From NCBI GenBank assembly GCA_045640745.1, contig JAZUFQ010000049.1, forward strand, positions 724 to 64,723: DNA of 64,000 bases, given 5' to 3'. The DNA comes from Acutalibacteraceae bacterium (GTDB lineage Bacteria > Bacillota > Clostridia > Oscillospirales > Acutalibacteraceae). The notes beneath the pieces were generated by a model. That model did no database searches and was not told the DNA's origin. It worked only from the letters and a program-made list of their open reading frames with translations. This document shows positions 54,793-64,000 of the stretch, piece after piece; position 1 is the stretch's first letter; each line of letters begins with the position of its first letter. Position numbers and translations under genes: made by a program.

Positions 54793-55800
54793 TTATCTGT
54801 AATCAATCGTTAATGTTGCCAAAGCGTTAAGCGATGTGTTTGCAATATTACCGCTTTTGTATTCGTAGAATGCCTGAACTCCGACCATTGCGGCGTTATC
54901 TCCGCAGTATTTAAGTTCGGGGTAAAAAAGCTCAAAATTTTGTTTTTCGCATTCTTCTTTAAGACGGGAACGAAGCTCGGAATTAGCCGAAACACCGCCT
55001 GCAATAACTATTATTTTGTATCCGTACTGCTTTGCCGCCTTTAAGGTGTTATCAATTAGTATGTCGCAAACCCGTTTTCTGACCGTTGCCGCCAAAACGG
55101 GAACATCAATTTCGGTGTTTTTCTGTTTTGCGTTATGTATGGTATTTACAACCGAGGTTTTAAGCCCCGAAAAACTGAAATCGAATTCGTTTCCGGAAAT
55201 TTTGGGATAGGGAAGCGGATATTTATCAAAATCGGGAACGGTAGCAATTTTGTCAAGCATAACTCCGCCGGGGTACGGAAGACCTAATGCCCTTGCGGTT
55301 TTGTCAAAGCATTCTCCTGCGGCATCGTCCTTTGTGCCTCCGAGCGGCTCGAAAACCGTATAGTCCTTTACCTTTGTGAGAATTGTATTTCCGCCCGAAA
55401 CGGTAAGGCAAAGATATTCGGGCTCCAAAGTGTCGTTTTCTATGTAATTTGCCGCAATATGCGAGCGAAGATGATGGACGGGGATAAGCGGAATGTTAAG
55501 CGAAAAGGCAAGACCTTTTGCAAAATTCACTCCGACAAGCAACGCACCGATAAGCCCCGGCGCAAATGTTACGGCAATGGCATCAAGGTCGTTATAAGTT
55601 ATACCCGCCTCGCTTACCGCTTCGTCGCAAACACGGCTTATGGCTTCGGTATGCCGTCTTGAAGCAATTTCGGGAACAACACCGCCGTAAATTCTATGCT
55701 CGGCGATTTGCGTTGCCACTATATTTGAAAGAATGTGCCTGCCGTCCGTTACGGCGGCGGCGGTTTCGTCGCATGACGATTCTATTGCAAGTATCAGCAT
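54793..55800 (-). CDS. tsaD: tRNA N6-adenosine threonylcarbamoyltransferase TsaD
   Basis: MLILAIESSCDETAAAV, HHLRSHI (metal His pair), and GGVSAN. Confidence 0.95.
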   Translation of the reverse strand: MLILAIESSCDETAAAVTDGRHILSNIVATQIAEHRIYGGVVPEIASRRHTEAISRVCDEAVSEAGITYNDLDAIAVTFAPGLIGALLVGVNFAKGLAFSLNIPLIPVHHLRSHIAANYIENDTLEPEYLCLTVSGGNTILTKVKDYTVFEPLGGTKDDAAGECFDKTARALGLPYPGGVMLDKIATVPDFDKYPLPYPKISGNEFDFSFSGLKTSVVNTIHNAKQKNTEIDVPVLAATVRKRVCDILIDNTLKAAKQYGYKIIVIAGGVSANSELRSRLKEECEKQNFELFYPELKYCGDNAAMVGVQAFYEYKSGNIANTSLNALATLTIDYR

Positions 55801-55803
55801 TGA

Positions 55804-56256
55804 TTAGATAAACCTTCTTGTCATTATTATTGCGTCTTCTGTGGGGAAACGGTAAAAATTTCTGCGGAGTCCCTCGTTGTTAAAGTTTAATTTTTTGTAT
55901 AAATCTATTGCGTTTTTGTTTGAAATCCTCACTTCAAGTGAGATAAATGCCAATTTTTTACAATTTGCAAAATCAAAGCATTTGTTGATAAGTGCCGTAG
56001 CAATACCGCAGTTTCGGTTTTCTTTTTTTACGGCTATGCTTGTTATATAACCCTCGTCAAGCACAAAATTAAGACCGACATAGCCCAAAACGGTATCTTC
56101 TCTTTCGGCAACAAAGAAAACGGTTGAATTATTAAGCGATTCCCGTATGGATTTTTCACTCCACGGTTCGCTGAAATTTTCCTTTTCGATTTCGGCAACC
56201 GATTTTATTTGATTTTCCTTTATTTCGGATATTGTAATCGGGATTTCGTTTTCCAT
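55804..56256 (-). CDS. rimI: Ribosomal-protein-alanine N-acetyltransferase (GNAT)
   Basis: ~150-aa GNAT with RNCGIATALI (Q/RxxGxA). Lies immediately upstream of tsaD. Its ATG shares a nucleotide with the polA TAA. Confidence 0.75.
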   Translation of the reverse strand: MENEIPITISEIKENQIKSVAEIEKENFSEPWSEKSIRESLNNSTVFFVAEREDTVLGYVGLNFVLDEGYITSIAVKKENRNCGIATALINKCFDFANCKKLAFISLEVRISNKNAIDLYKKLNFNNEGLRRNFYRFPTEDAIIMTRRFI

Positions 56257-58775
56257 TATCCTTTTGCCTCTAACCAATTTTGACCGCTGTGTGCGTCAAC
56301 ACTCATATTGACCTTTAATTTAACGGCATTTTGCATTTCTTCTTCGAGAACTTTGCAAATCTTTTCTTTGTCCTTTTTAGGACATTCGACGATAAGCTCA
56401 TCGTGAACTTGAAGTATTAAATGCGAATCCTTGAAATCACGCTTTAAGCGGTTATAAACATTTATCATTGCGATTTTTATAATATCGGCGGCAGTGCCCT
56501 GAATGGGAGCATTTCTTGCAACCCTTTCGCCGAACGCTCTCAGCATACCGTTTGAAGAGGAAAGCTCGGGAAGGTATCTTCTTCTGCCGAAATAGGTTGT
56601 AACAAAACCGTCCTCTTTGGCTTTTTCGATAACCTCTTTCATATATCTGTCAACATCTTTGTAGGTGGCAAGATAATTTTTAATGTATCTGTCCGCCTCG
56701 GCACGGCTTACGCCTATATCCTTGCCGAGCGAAAAAGCGCCGATTCCGTAAACAATGCCGAAATTTACGGCTTTTGCACGGCTTCGCATAACGGGAAGCA
56801 CCATATCAATCGGTATTCCGAAAACCTCGCTTGCCGTAACGGTATGAATATCGGTGCCCGAATTAAAGGCATCAATCATTGTCTTATCGTCGGCAATGCT
56901 TGCAAGAACACGAAGCTCAATTTGAGAATAGTCGGCGTCGCATAGGGTGTAGCCCTCTTTTGCAACAAAAAATTCACGAAGCCGTTTACCCTCGTCGGTT
57001 CTTACGGGAATATTTTGAAGATTAGGTTCAAGTGAACTTATGCGCCCCGTTCTTGCTTCGGTTTGATTAAAGGTCGTGTGAATTCGCCCGTCATCTGATA
57101 CGGCGTTTAACAAACCGTCGCAGTAGGTCGATTTAAGCTTTGCAAGCTGACGGTATTTTAAGACTTTGTCAACAATCGGGTAATCGTATCTTAAATCTTC
57201 TAAAACATCGGCGGAGGTACTGTAACCGCTCTTTGTTTTCTTTTTTGCGGGCAACTTTAATTTTTCAAAAAGCACCTCGCCTAACTGCTTTGGAGAGTTG
57301 ATGTTAAAGCTTACGCCTGCGATTTCATAGATTTCTTCGGTCATTTTTTCGGTACGGGCAGTAAGCTCGCCACCCATATTTTTAAGACCGTCGGCATCAA
57401 CCAAAAATCCGATATTTTCCATATCGGAAAGCACAAGAGAAAGCGGAATTTCAATATCCGAAAGTATTTTTTCCTGCCCGCTTTTTTTAAGTGCTTTTGT
57501 TAAACTGTCGCATAAAAGCGAGAAAGAAACGGCATTTTTATAAACTTTGTTATCACATTCAAATTCGGCGTTATCTATGCCGTATTCGGCGATAAGGCGC
57601 TCAACCGAATAATCGTTTGAGGAGGGGTTGCAAAGATACCCTGCAAGCAAAGTATCAAAAACAACATTTTTAATATCCGAAAACGATTTGGAAAGTGCTT
57701 TAAGATTATGCACTCTTTTTTGAGCGTTTGAAGAAAGAATTTCTTTTGCCTTTTCTTCGGCAATCGGAAAAACAAATCCACTGCTTATGCCGACAATGTT
57801 CCCGCCCTCAAAATAAAGGTCGATTTTTTCTTCGCTTATTTTCATTTCTTCGCAAAAAGTAAATTTCCTGCTTTCTTTCGCTTTTGACTCAAAAGCAACC
57901 GGAACGGGGGAAATATCCATTTTCTCCATAAGCTTAAAAAATTCAAGACGGGTCATAAGCTTTGCAAGTTCGTTCTTGTTTTGCTCTTTGATTTTATAGT
58001 TTTCTATATCCGTATCAATAGGCGCTTCAAGCGATATGGTGCCGAGCCAACGGCTTAAATACGCTGAGTCCTTTCCGTTTACGAGCTTTTGCTTTACGCT
58101 GTCTTTAATGTCAAGCACTTCGAGATTTTCGTAGATATAATCAACCGAATGGAATTTTGTTATTAAATCGGTTGCGGTTTTTTCGCCTATACCTGCAACC
58201 CCCGGAATATTATCCGAAGAGTCGCCCATTAAAGCTTTAAGCTCTATCATTTCTTTGGGCGTTAAGCCGTATTTTTCAAAAAGGGCTTCTTTTGTGTAGT
58301 TTATAATTTCAGGCCTGCCCATTTTAGTCGAGGCAAGCAGGACCTTTGTGTTATCGGAAATAAGCTGTAAGGAATCACGGTCGCCCGTGGCAATCGAACA
58401 AAGATTACCGCTTATTCGGCAGTTATATGCAAGAGTACCCAAAATATCGTCCGCCTCAAAGCCCTCACACTCGATAACATTGTATCCTGCAAGCGTAAGC
58501 CACTCTTTAAGAATGGGAAACTGTGTAGCAAGTTCGGCAGGCATCGGCTTTCTGCCTGCTTTATATTCTTCGTATTTTTTATGGCGGAAGGTCGGCTTTT
58601 TAAGGTCAAACGCAACGGCAACGCCGTCGGGATTTTCCGTTTCGATAAGCTTGTTAAGTATGTTTATAAAACCGTAAACGGCATTAGTGTAAACACCGTC
58701 CTTGGTTGATAAAAGCTTAATGCCGTAAAAAGCACGGTTTATTATACTGTTTCCGTCAATAGCAAGTAATTTCAA
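56256..58775 (-). CDS. polA: DNA polymerase I
   Basis: 5'-nuclease domain (LLAIDGNSIINRAFY, GDSSDNIPGV) and pol motifs (DYSQIELRVLA, RSRAKAVNFGIVYG, QVHDEL). The TTG at 58775 with AAGGAAG upstream is preferred over the longer ORF-track start at 58871. Confidence 0.9.
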   Translation of the reverse strand: MKLLAIDGNSIINRAFYGIKLLSTKDGVYTNAVYGFINILNKLIETENPDGVAVAFDLKKPTFRHKKYEEYKAGRKPMPAELATQFPILKEWLTLAGYNVIECEGFEADDILGTLAYNCRISGNLCSIATGDRDSLQLISDNTKVLLASTKMGRPEIINYTKEALFEKYGLTPKEMIELKALMGDSSDNIPGVAGIGEKTATDLITKFHSVDYIYENLEVLDIKDSVKQKLVNGKDSAYLSRWLGTISLEAPIDTDIENYKIKEQNKNELAKLMTRLEFFKLMEKMDISPVPVAFESKAKESRKFTFCEEMKISEEKIDLYFEGGNIVGISSGFVFPIAEEKAKEILSSNAQKRVHNLKALSKSFSDIKNVVFDTLLAGYLCNPSSNDYSVERLIAEYGIDNAEFECDNKVYKNAVSFSLLCDSLTKALKKSGQEKILSDIEIPLSLVLSDMENIGFLVDADGLKNMGGELTARTEKMTEEIYEIAGVSFNINSPKQLGEVLFEKLKLPAKKKTKSGYSTSADVLEDLRYDYPIVDKVLKYRQLAKLKSTYCDGLLNAVSDDGRIHTTFNQTEARTGRISSLEPNLQNIPVRTDEGKRLREFFVAKEGYTLCDADYSQIELRVLASIADDKTMIDAFNSGTDIHTVTASEVFGIPIDMVLPVMRSRAKAVNFGIVYGIGAFSLGKDIGVSRAEADRYIKNYLATYKDVDRYMKEVIEKAKEDGFVTTYFGRRRYLPELSSSNGMLRAFGERVARNAPIQGTAADIIKIAMINVYNRLKRDFKDSHLILQVHDELIVECPKKDKEKICKVLEEEMQNAVKLKVNMSVDAHSGQNWLEAKG

Positions 58776-58897
58776 ACCGCCGTCTTCCTTTCCGCTACAA
58801 GTAAATATAACATAAGTATATATATAATAACACATTTCTATCAATTTGTCATTATAAAAATTAAATTTCATATAAAAAATAAGAAAAGCCGTTTTTT

Positions 58898-58926
58898 GTT
58901 GACAAAAATGGGCGTTAGGTGTATAA
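58898..58926 (+). promoter_or_regulatory. Sigma-A consensus promoter of alaS
   Basis: TTGACA, 17 nt, TATAAT, ending 40 nt before the alaS ATG. The leader is too short for a T-box. Confidence 0.7.
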
Positions 58927-58965
58927 TTTATACTGTTATTTTATGCAAACTGAGGATGTTTAACT

Positions 58966-61590
58966 ATGAAATGGACTTCGTTAAATGAACTTCGTGAATC
59001 TTATTTGTCTTTCTTTGAGTCAAAGGGACATTTGCGCCTTAAAAGCTTTTCATTAGTCCCCGATAACGATAAGTCGCTGTTGCTTATAAATTCGGGTATG
59101 GCGCCTATGAAAAAGTACTTTACCGGCGAGGTTACTCCGCCTCGTAACAGGGTTACAACCTGCCAAAAATGTATAAGAACTCCCGACCTTGAAAGAGTGG
59201 GGCATACAGCCCGTCACGGTACATATTTTGAAATGCTCGGCAACTTTTCGTTCGGCGATTATTTTAAGAATGAGGCAATTCCGTGGGCTTGGGAATTCTT
59301 GACCGAAACCCTCGAAATTCCGAAAGATTTGCTTTGGCCGTCGGTTTACGAAGAGGACGAAGAATCGTATGCTTTATGGCGTGATGTTATAGGCGTACCC
59401 GAAGAACATATTGTCCGCCTCGGTAAAGAGGATAATTTTTGGGAACACGGGACGGGACCTTGCGGTCCGTGCAGCGAAATATACTTTGACCGTGGCGAAA
59501 AATACGGTTGCGGTTCGCCCGATTGCAAACCGGGTTGCGACTGCGACCGCTATATGGAAATCTGGAACAATGTATTTTCGCAGTTTAACAATATGGGCGA
59601 CGGCACTTATACCGAGCTTGCACATAAAAATATAGATACAGGTATGGGACTTGAACGCCTTGCGTGTGTTATGCAGGGTGTTGACAATATGTTCGAGGTC
59701 GATACCGTAAGAAACATTCTTAATAAAGTTTGTGAAATTTCGGGAAAAGAATACGGGAAAGATAAAAATACCGATATTTCAATCCGTGCCATCACCGACC
59801 ACGCAAGAGCATCGACATTTATGATAAGCGACGGTATTATTCCGTCTAATGAGGGCAGAGGATATGTTCTTCGCCGTCTTATCCGCCGTGCCGCAAGACA
59901 CGGAAAGCTTATCGGCATAGACCGTACATTTTTAACCGAAATGTGCGATGCCGTAATAAAAGAAAACGGCGGTGCATACCCCGAATTACTTGAAAAGAAA
60001 GAGCTTATTAAAAAGGTTATTGCCAACGAGGAAGCAAGCTTTAATAAAACTATCGACCAAGGACTTAAACTGCTCCAAAACCTTATGGAAAAAGGCGATG
60101 TTTTATCGGGCAGTGATGCCTTTAAGCTTTATGATACATACGGCTTTCCGCTTGACCTTACCAAAGATATTTTGGCAGAAAACGGCAAAACGCTTGATGA
60201 GGACGGCTTTAACAGTTTGATGAAAGAACAAAAAGAACTTGCCCGTTCTTCAAGAAAAGCGTCTGACGGTGAGAGCTGGTCGAGTAACGGAATAGCATTT
60301 GATAATATCGGGAAAACCGAGTTTTTGGGTTATGATGAAACAAGCTGTAACGCAAAGGTTTTGGATATTGTTTGCGACGGCGAACATAAAACAAATGCAA
60401 ATGAAGGCGAAAAAGCCATAATCGTCCTTGATAAAACCGTATTTTACGGTGAGGGCGGCGGTCAGGTAGGCGATACCGGCGTAATAGAAAACGGAAGCTT
60501 TAAGTTTGAGGTAATTGATACCAAAAAGACAACCGGCGGAGTTTACTATCATATCGGTACTGTTTTGTCGGACAGCATAACGGTAGGCGAAACGGTTACG
60601 GCAACCATTGATGTTTTACGCAGAAATGCAATAAAGCGAAACCATACGGCAGCCCATTTGTTGCAGGCAGCTTTGCGCAAAGTGCTCGGCAACCATGTCG
60701 AGCAGGCAGGACAGCTTGTAAGCGACAGCAGTGTCCGTTTTGACTTTACTCATTTTTTGGCACTTTCGGGTGAGGAAATCGCAAAGGTCGAGGATATTGT
60801 AAATAATGTAATACTAAACGCAACTCCCGTAACAAGCAGAGAGATGCCTATTGCAGAGGCTAAAAAACTCGGCGCTATGGCACTTTTCGGCGAAAAATAC
60901 GGTGATATTGTAAGGGTTGTTACGGCAGGAGATTTGTCGGTTGAATTTTGCGGAGGTACCCATGTTGACAATGCAGGAAAGATAGGACTTTTCCGTATTG
61001 TATCCGAAAACGGTGTTGCATCGGGTGTCAGAAGAATAGAAGCTTTAACCGGCTTTAATACACTCAATTTATTAAATCATTATATGGATTTAACCTCAAA
61101 AACCGCCTCTGCAATCAAATGCGGTAATGTTGAAGAGCTTATCGAAAAGGTAACCGCCTTAAACGATAAATTAAAGGCAACCGAAAGAGAACTCGATAAA
61201 TTAAAAGGTCAGCTTGCAAGCGGTAAGACCGATGATATTGTTAAAAATGCCGTTACGGTTAACGGCGTTAAGGTGGCTTATGCAAAACTTTCGGGTGTCA
61301 GTGCCGACGATATGAGAAAAATGCTTGATACAATAAGGGATAAAAATTCCGATATTGTTGTTGCTCTTGCCGGTGTTAACGGAGAAAAACTAACTCTTTG
61401 TGTCGGTTGCGGTAAGGACGCCGTAAGCAAGGGTGCAATGGCAGGAAATATCGTAAAGCAAATCGCTCAAATTTGCGGTGGTAACGGCGGAGGAAAGCCC
61501 GATTTTGCCATGGCAGGCGGTAAGGATATTTCAAAGGCAGAAGAAGCGCTTAAAAGTGTAGAAAATATCGTAAAGGAAATGGTAAAATAA
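58966..61590 (+). CDS. alaS: Alanine--tRNA ligase
   Basis: 874 aa. FFESKGH, RHGTYFEMLGNFSFGDYFK, the editing-domain HTAAHLL...CGGTHV, and a C-terminal DHHA1-like domain. Confidence 0.95.
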   Translation: MKWTSLNELRESYLSFFESKGHLRLKSFSLVPDNDKSLLLINSGMAPMKKYFTGEVTPPRNRVTTCQKCIRTPDLERVGHTARHGTYFEMLGNFSFGDYFKNEAIPWAWEFLTETLEIPKDLLWPSVYEEDEESYALWRDVIGVPEEHIVRLGKEDNFWEHGTGPCGPCSEIYFDRGEKYGCGSPDCKPGCDCDRYMEIWNNVFSQFNNMGDGTYTELAHKNIDTGMGLERLACVMQGVDNMFEVDTVRNILNKVCEISGKEYGKDKNTDISIRAITDHARASTFMISDGIIPSNEGRGYVLRRLIRRAARHGKLIGIDRTFLTEMCDAVIKENGGAYPELLEKKELIKKVIANEEASFNKTIDQGLKLLQNLMEKGDVLSGSDAFKLYDTYGFPLDLTKDILAENGKTLDEDGFNSLMKEQKELARSSRKASDGESWSSNGIAFDNIGKTEFLGYDETSCNAKVLDIVCDGEHKTNANEGEKAIIVLDKTVFYGEGGGQVGDTGVIENGSFKFEVIDTKKTTGGVYYHIGTVLSDSITVGETVTATIDVLRRNAIKRNHTAAHLLQAALRKVLGNHVEQAGQLVSDSSVRFDFTHFLALSGEEIAKVEDIVNNVILNATPVTSREMPIAEAKKLGAMALFGEKYGDIVRVVTAGDLSVEFCGGTHVDNAGKIGLFRIVSENGVASGVRRIEALTGFNTLNLLNHYMDLTSKTASAIKCGNVEELIEKVTALNDKLKATERELDKLKGQLASGKTDDIVKNAVTVNGVKVAYAKLSGVSADDMRKMLDTIRDKNSDIVVALAGVNGEKLTLCVGCGKDAVSKGAMAGNIVKQIAQICGGNGGGKPDFAMAGGKDISKAEEALKSVENIVKEMVK

Positions 61591-61591
61591 A

Positions 61592-61933
61592 ATGGACGAC
61601 TGTTTGTTTTGCAAGATAATAAAGGGTGAAATCCCCTCAACAAAGGTTTATGAGGACGATTATGTTTATGCGTTTTTGGATATTGCTCCTAAGGCGCCGT
61701 TTCACGCTGTATTCGTTCCGAAAAAGCATATTGATTCCCCCGCAAAAATAGATAGCGATAACAGTATCTATGTTGCGAAGATATACGAGGCAATAGCCAA
61801 AACCGCAAAAAACGAAAACCTCGAAAAAGGTTTCAGAGTTGTTGCAAACTGCGGTGAGGACGGCGGTCAGACAGTAGGTCATCTTCATTTTCATCTTCTT
61901 GCCCGCCGTTATTTGCAGTGGCCTCCGGGATGA
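61592..61933 (+). CDS. HIT-family (histidine triad) nucleotide hydrolase
   Basis: CLFCKII...  and the HLHFHLL histidine triad. 113 aa. Confidence 0.85.
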   Translation: MDDCLFCKIIKGEIPSTKVYEDDYVYAFLDIAPKAPFHAVFVPKKHIDSPAKIDSDNSIYVAKIYEAIAKTAKNENLEKGFRVVANCGEDGGQTVGHLHFHLLARRYLQWPPG

Positions 61934-61939
61934 TTTTAA

Positions 61940-61967
61940 GTAATAAGTAAGAGGTAATAAGTAAGAG
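61940..61967 (+). repeat. Perfect tandem duplication of a 14-mer (gtaataagtaagag x2), followed by a small hairpin
   Basis: 61940-61953 equals 61954-61967. This is followed by gtgcc-ttgt-ggcac (61968-61981). Confidence 0.8.
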
Positions 61968-62019
61968 GTGCCTTGTGGCACACAGTTCAATTAAAAAAGA
62001 GTTATAAAGGGTGAAATTT

Positions 62020-62559
62020 ATGTCAGAATTTTATACTATGAAAATTGCAGGACTCGAAAGGAATTTAGAAAAATTCCCCGTAAGTGATACGCTTGATATC
62101 GGTGCTTTTATCATTTTCGGTGATGTTGAACTCACAATAAAGGGCTCGGAAGAGTTACTTAAAAAGGTTCCCGAATTTGATGTCATATTAACCCCCGAAG
62201 CTAAAAGTATTCCGATAGCTTACGAGATGTCACGCCAGAGCGGAAAACCTTATGTAATTGCCCGTAAAGGCGTTAAGGTTTATATGAGAAATCCGCTCGA
62301 TGTTGCCGTAACCTCTATTACCACACAGCACGAACAGCACCTCTATTTAGGCGAATCCGAGGTCAATATGATTAAGGGTAAAAAAGTGCTTATTGTTGAC
62401 GATGTTATAAGCACGGGAGAATCGTTAACGGCTGTAAGAAAGTTAGTCGAAAAGGCAGGCGCTTTTGAGGCGGCTTCGTGTGCATTTTTAGCCGAAGGCG
62501 ATGCGGCAGACCGTAAAGATATTGTTTTCCTTGAAAAATTACCGCTCTTTTTTAAGTAA
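62020..62559 (+). CDS. Phosphoribosyltransferase (purine/adenine PRT-like)
   Basis: PRPP-binding motif VLIVDDVISTGESL. ATG 62020 follows AGGGTGA. Confidence 0.7.
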   Translation: MSEFYTMKIAGLERNLEKFPVSDTLDIGAFIIFGDVELTIKGSEELLKKVPEFDVILTPEAKSIPIAYEMSRQSGKPYVIARKGVKVYMRNPLDVAVTSITTQHEQHLYLGESEVNMIKGKKVLIVDDVISTGESLTAVRKLVEKAGAFEAASCAFLAEGDAADRKDIVFLEKLPLFFK

Positions 62560-63410
62560 TGGTTAAAGATTTTAACAAATTAAAATTTTCACTTGCGATG
62601 ACGGTTTTCGGAACAATAGGTCTTTTTGTACGGCTTATTCCGTTTCCGTCGGCGGTCATCTCAATGTGCCGTGGCTTTTTCGGTGCGGTGTTTTTAGCAT
62701 TGTTTATTGTTTTTGCAAAAAAACCGTTTTCGATTGAAAGCATAAAGGCAAACATTATAAACCTTTTGATTTCGGGCGCATTGCTCGGATTTAACTGGAT
62801 TTTGCTTTTTGAAAGTTATAAATATACAACCGTTGCAAAGGCAACCCTTTGTTACTATATGGCTCCTGTTATGGTGATACTTATTTCTCCTTTTGTATTT
62901 AAGGAAAAAATCACCTTAAAAAAGGGAATATGCATAATAGTATCGCTAATCGGTATGCTTTTTGTATCGGGCGTCTTTGAAGAAAAGACGGGTAATAAAA
63001 ACGAAACCGTCGGAATACTTTTAAGTTTACTGTCGGCGGTTATTTATACCGTTATTATCGTACTTAACAAAAAGCTTAAAAGCATAGGTGCCTTTGAAAG
63101 AACTGTAATGCAGCTTTTTGTCTGCGGTGCGGTAATGCTTATATATTCTTCTTTTACGGGGGATATATTAAAACCCGAATTTACGGCACTCGGCATAATT
63201 CTTATGGCGGTTGTCTGCATTGTCCATACGGGTATTGCGTATTTAATTTATTTCGGGACTATGGAAAAACTGAACGCCCAAAGTATAGCAATATTAAGCT
63301 ATATTGACCCCGTAGTTGCCGTCGTTCTTTCGTCATTTATCGAAAAACCGATGACGGGTTACGGAGTAATAGGCGCTGTTTTAATAATCGTTGCTTCGGC
63401 AATTTCATAA
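62559..63410 (+). CDS. EamA/DMT-family transporter
   Basis: 283 aa with ~10 TM segments arranged as two EamA-like halves. TAATG overlap with the upstream gene. Confidence 0.75.
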   Translation: MVKDFNKLKFSLAMTVFGTIGLFVRLIPFPSAVISMCRGFFGAVFLALFIVFAKKPFSIESIKANIINLLISGALLGFNWILLFESYKYTTVAKATLCYYMAPVMVILISPFVFKEKITLKKGICIIVSLIGMLFVSGVFEEKTGNKNETVGILLSLLSAVIYTVIIVLNKKLKSIGAFERTVMQLFVCGAVMLIYSSFTGDILKPEFTALGIILMAVVCIVHTGIAYLIYFGTMEKLNAQSIAILSYIDPVVAVVLSSFIEKPMTGYGVIGAVLIIVASAIS

Positions 63411-63441
63411 TAAGAGGGTCAGCAAATTGTTTTTTTATGAG

Positions 63442-64000
63442 ATGCATCAACATACAAACAGATGCAGTCTTTGCGGCAGAGTAGAAGTAAAAGAGTTAAT
63501 AAAAGCGTTAGCCGAGCAGGGCGTTGACGGTGTTGTTTTTACAAATCATTTCCGTTACGGCAATACGGCTATCGACAGAACTTTGCCGTTTGAAGATTTT
63601 TGCAAAGAGTATATTGAAGATTACCAAATCGGAAAAGAAGAGGCAAAAAAATACGGTATTGATGTTTTCTTCGGGCTTGAAGAGCATGTCGGTAACGCAA
63701 AAGAGGTTTTGATTTACGGGCTTACTCCCAAAGGGCTTTTAAGACACCCCGATTTTTATTCGGGAAATTTAGAGAAGATTTATAAGGCGGCGCATAAAGA
63801 AAACGCTTTGGTTATTCAGGCGCATCCGTTTAGAGAAAGAGATTATATCCCCGACCCCGACTTAAAGCTTCCGCCCGAATTTCTTGACGGGTATGAGGTC
63901 TTTAACAGGGGAAACACCGACGAAATGAACGATAAGGCATTAAAGTATGCCGAAAATTCAGGCAAAATTATCGTTGCGGGTTCCGATTCCCATGATACCG
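63442..64000 (+). CDS. PHP-domain metal-dependent phosphoesterase (3' end outside the window)
   Basis: Frame open to the window end. MHQHTNRCSLCG... (HxH), VVFTNH, EEH, QAHPF and GSDSHD are PHP metal-ligand motifs. Not in the ORF track because no stop codon is reached. Confidence 0.7.
   Translation, partial: MHQHTNRCSLCGRVEVKELIKALAEQGVDGVVFTNHFRYGNTAIDRTLPFEDFCKEYIEDYQIGKEEAKKYGIDVFFGLEEHVGNAKEVLIYGLTPKGLLRHPDFYSGNLEKIYKAAHKENALVIQAHPFRERDYIPDPDLKLPPEFLDGYEVFNRGNTDEMNDKALKYAENSGKIIVAGSDSHDT

Noticed and set aside
58776-58871. A longer polA N-terminus (MKFNFYNDKLIEMCYYIYTYVIF...) as given by the ORF track.
   Set aside because: The extension is a translation of AT-rich promoter DNA with no SD. 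The TTG at 58775 has AAGGAAG upstream and gives the canonical MKLLAIDGNS... 5'-nuclease N-terminus.
61940-61967. A CRISPR-like or other array signal from the repeated 14-mer.
   Set aside because: There are only two copies, they are directly adjacent with no spacer, and they are too short. No cas genes are in the window.

Overview
This window looks like a chromosomal core region of a low-GC, endospore-forming Firmicute. The Clostridia-like placement is an inference from a complete spoIIIAA-AH operon, a T-box leader and Firmicute-type gene order. The window is almost entirely coding. I support about 62 protein genes, including rpsU, which is missing from the ORF track because it is under 60 aa, and two genes cut by the window edges. 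I also support one tRNA-Thr(CGU), one Trp-specific T-box leader, several near-consensus sigma-A promoters and several rho-independent terminators. Gene order: (i) 1-2.2 kb, small accessory-looking genes (dsRBD-like tail, Glu/Arg-only microprotein, lipoprotein, DUF11-repeat protein). (ii) 2.2-7.2 kb, spoIIIAA-AH plus asp23. (iii) 7.3-11.8 kb, T-box-controlled solo trpB, a metallophosphoesterase, a D-Ala-D-Ala carboxypeptidase, tRNA-Thr and an XRE regulator. (iv) 12-45 kb on the + strand, housekeeping genes: lepA, vanY-like, murD, two M42 peptidases, ynbB-like PLP enzyme, HPr-like protein, pcrA, rlmD, radical-SAM pair, rpsU, yqeG, two K+ uptake systems, efp, ispDF, rsuA, msmX-like ATPase, tepA, ftsK/spoIIIE and degV. 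(v) 45-58.8 kb on the - strand: polA-rimI-tsaD-dagK-mreBCD-pbp2-minD-like-mgsA-like-hisS-aspS. (vi) 58.9-64 kb on the + strand: alaS, HIT, a PRTase, an EamA transporter and a PHP-domain protein. I saw no CRISPR array, transposase, integrase, or recognisable defence or toxin-antitoxin module, and I cannot point to a clear novel multi-gene system. The most unusual items are: an extremely acidic Asp-Cys-repeat zinc-ribbon protein downstream of efp; a methylglyoxal-synthase homologue with all three catalytic residues substituted, next to a MinD-like ATPase that lacks a membrane-targeting helix and has no MinC/MinE; a translationally coupled trio containing an ER/K-type Glu/Arg microprotein; a signal-peptide-less DUF11 protein divergent from spoIIIA; a His15-less HPr-like protein; and a duplicated terminator after tRNA-Thr. 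All functional calls come from reading motifs by eye, with no database search.
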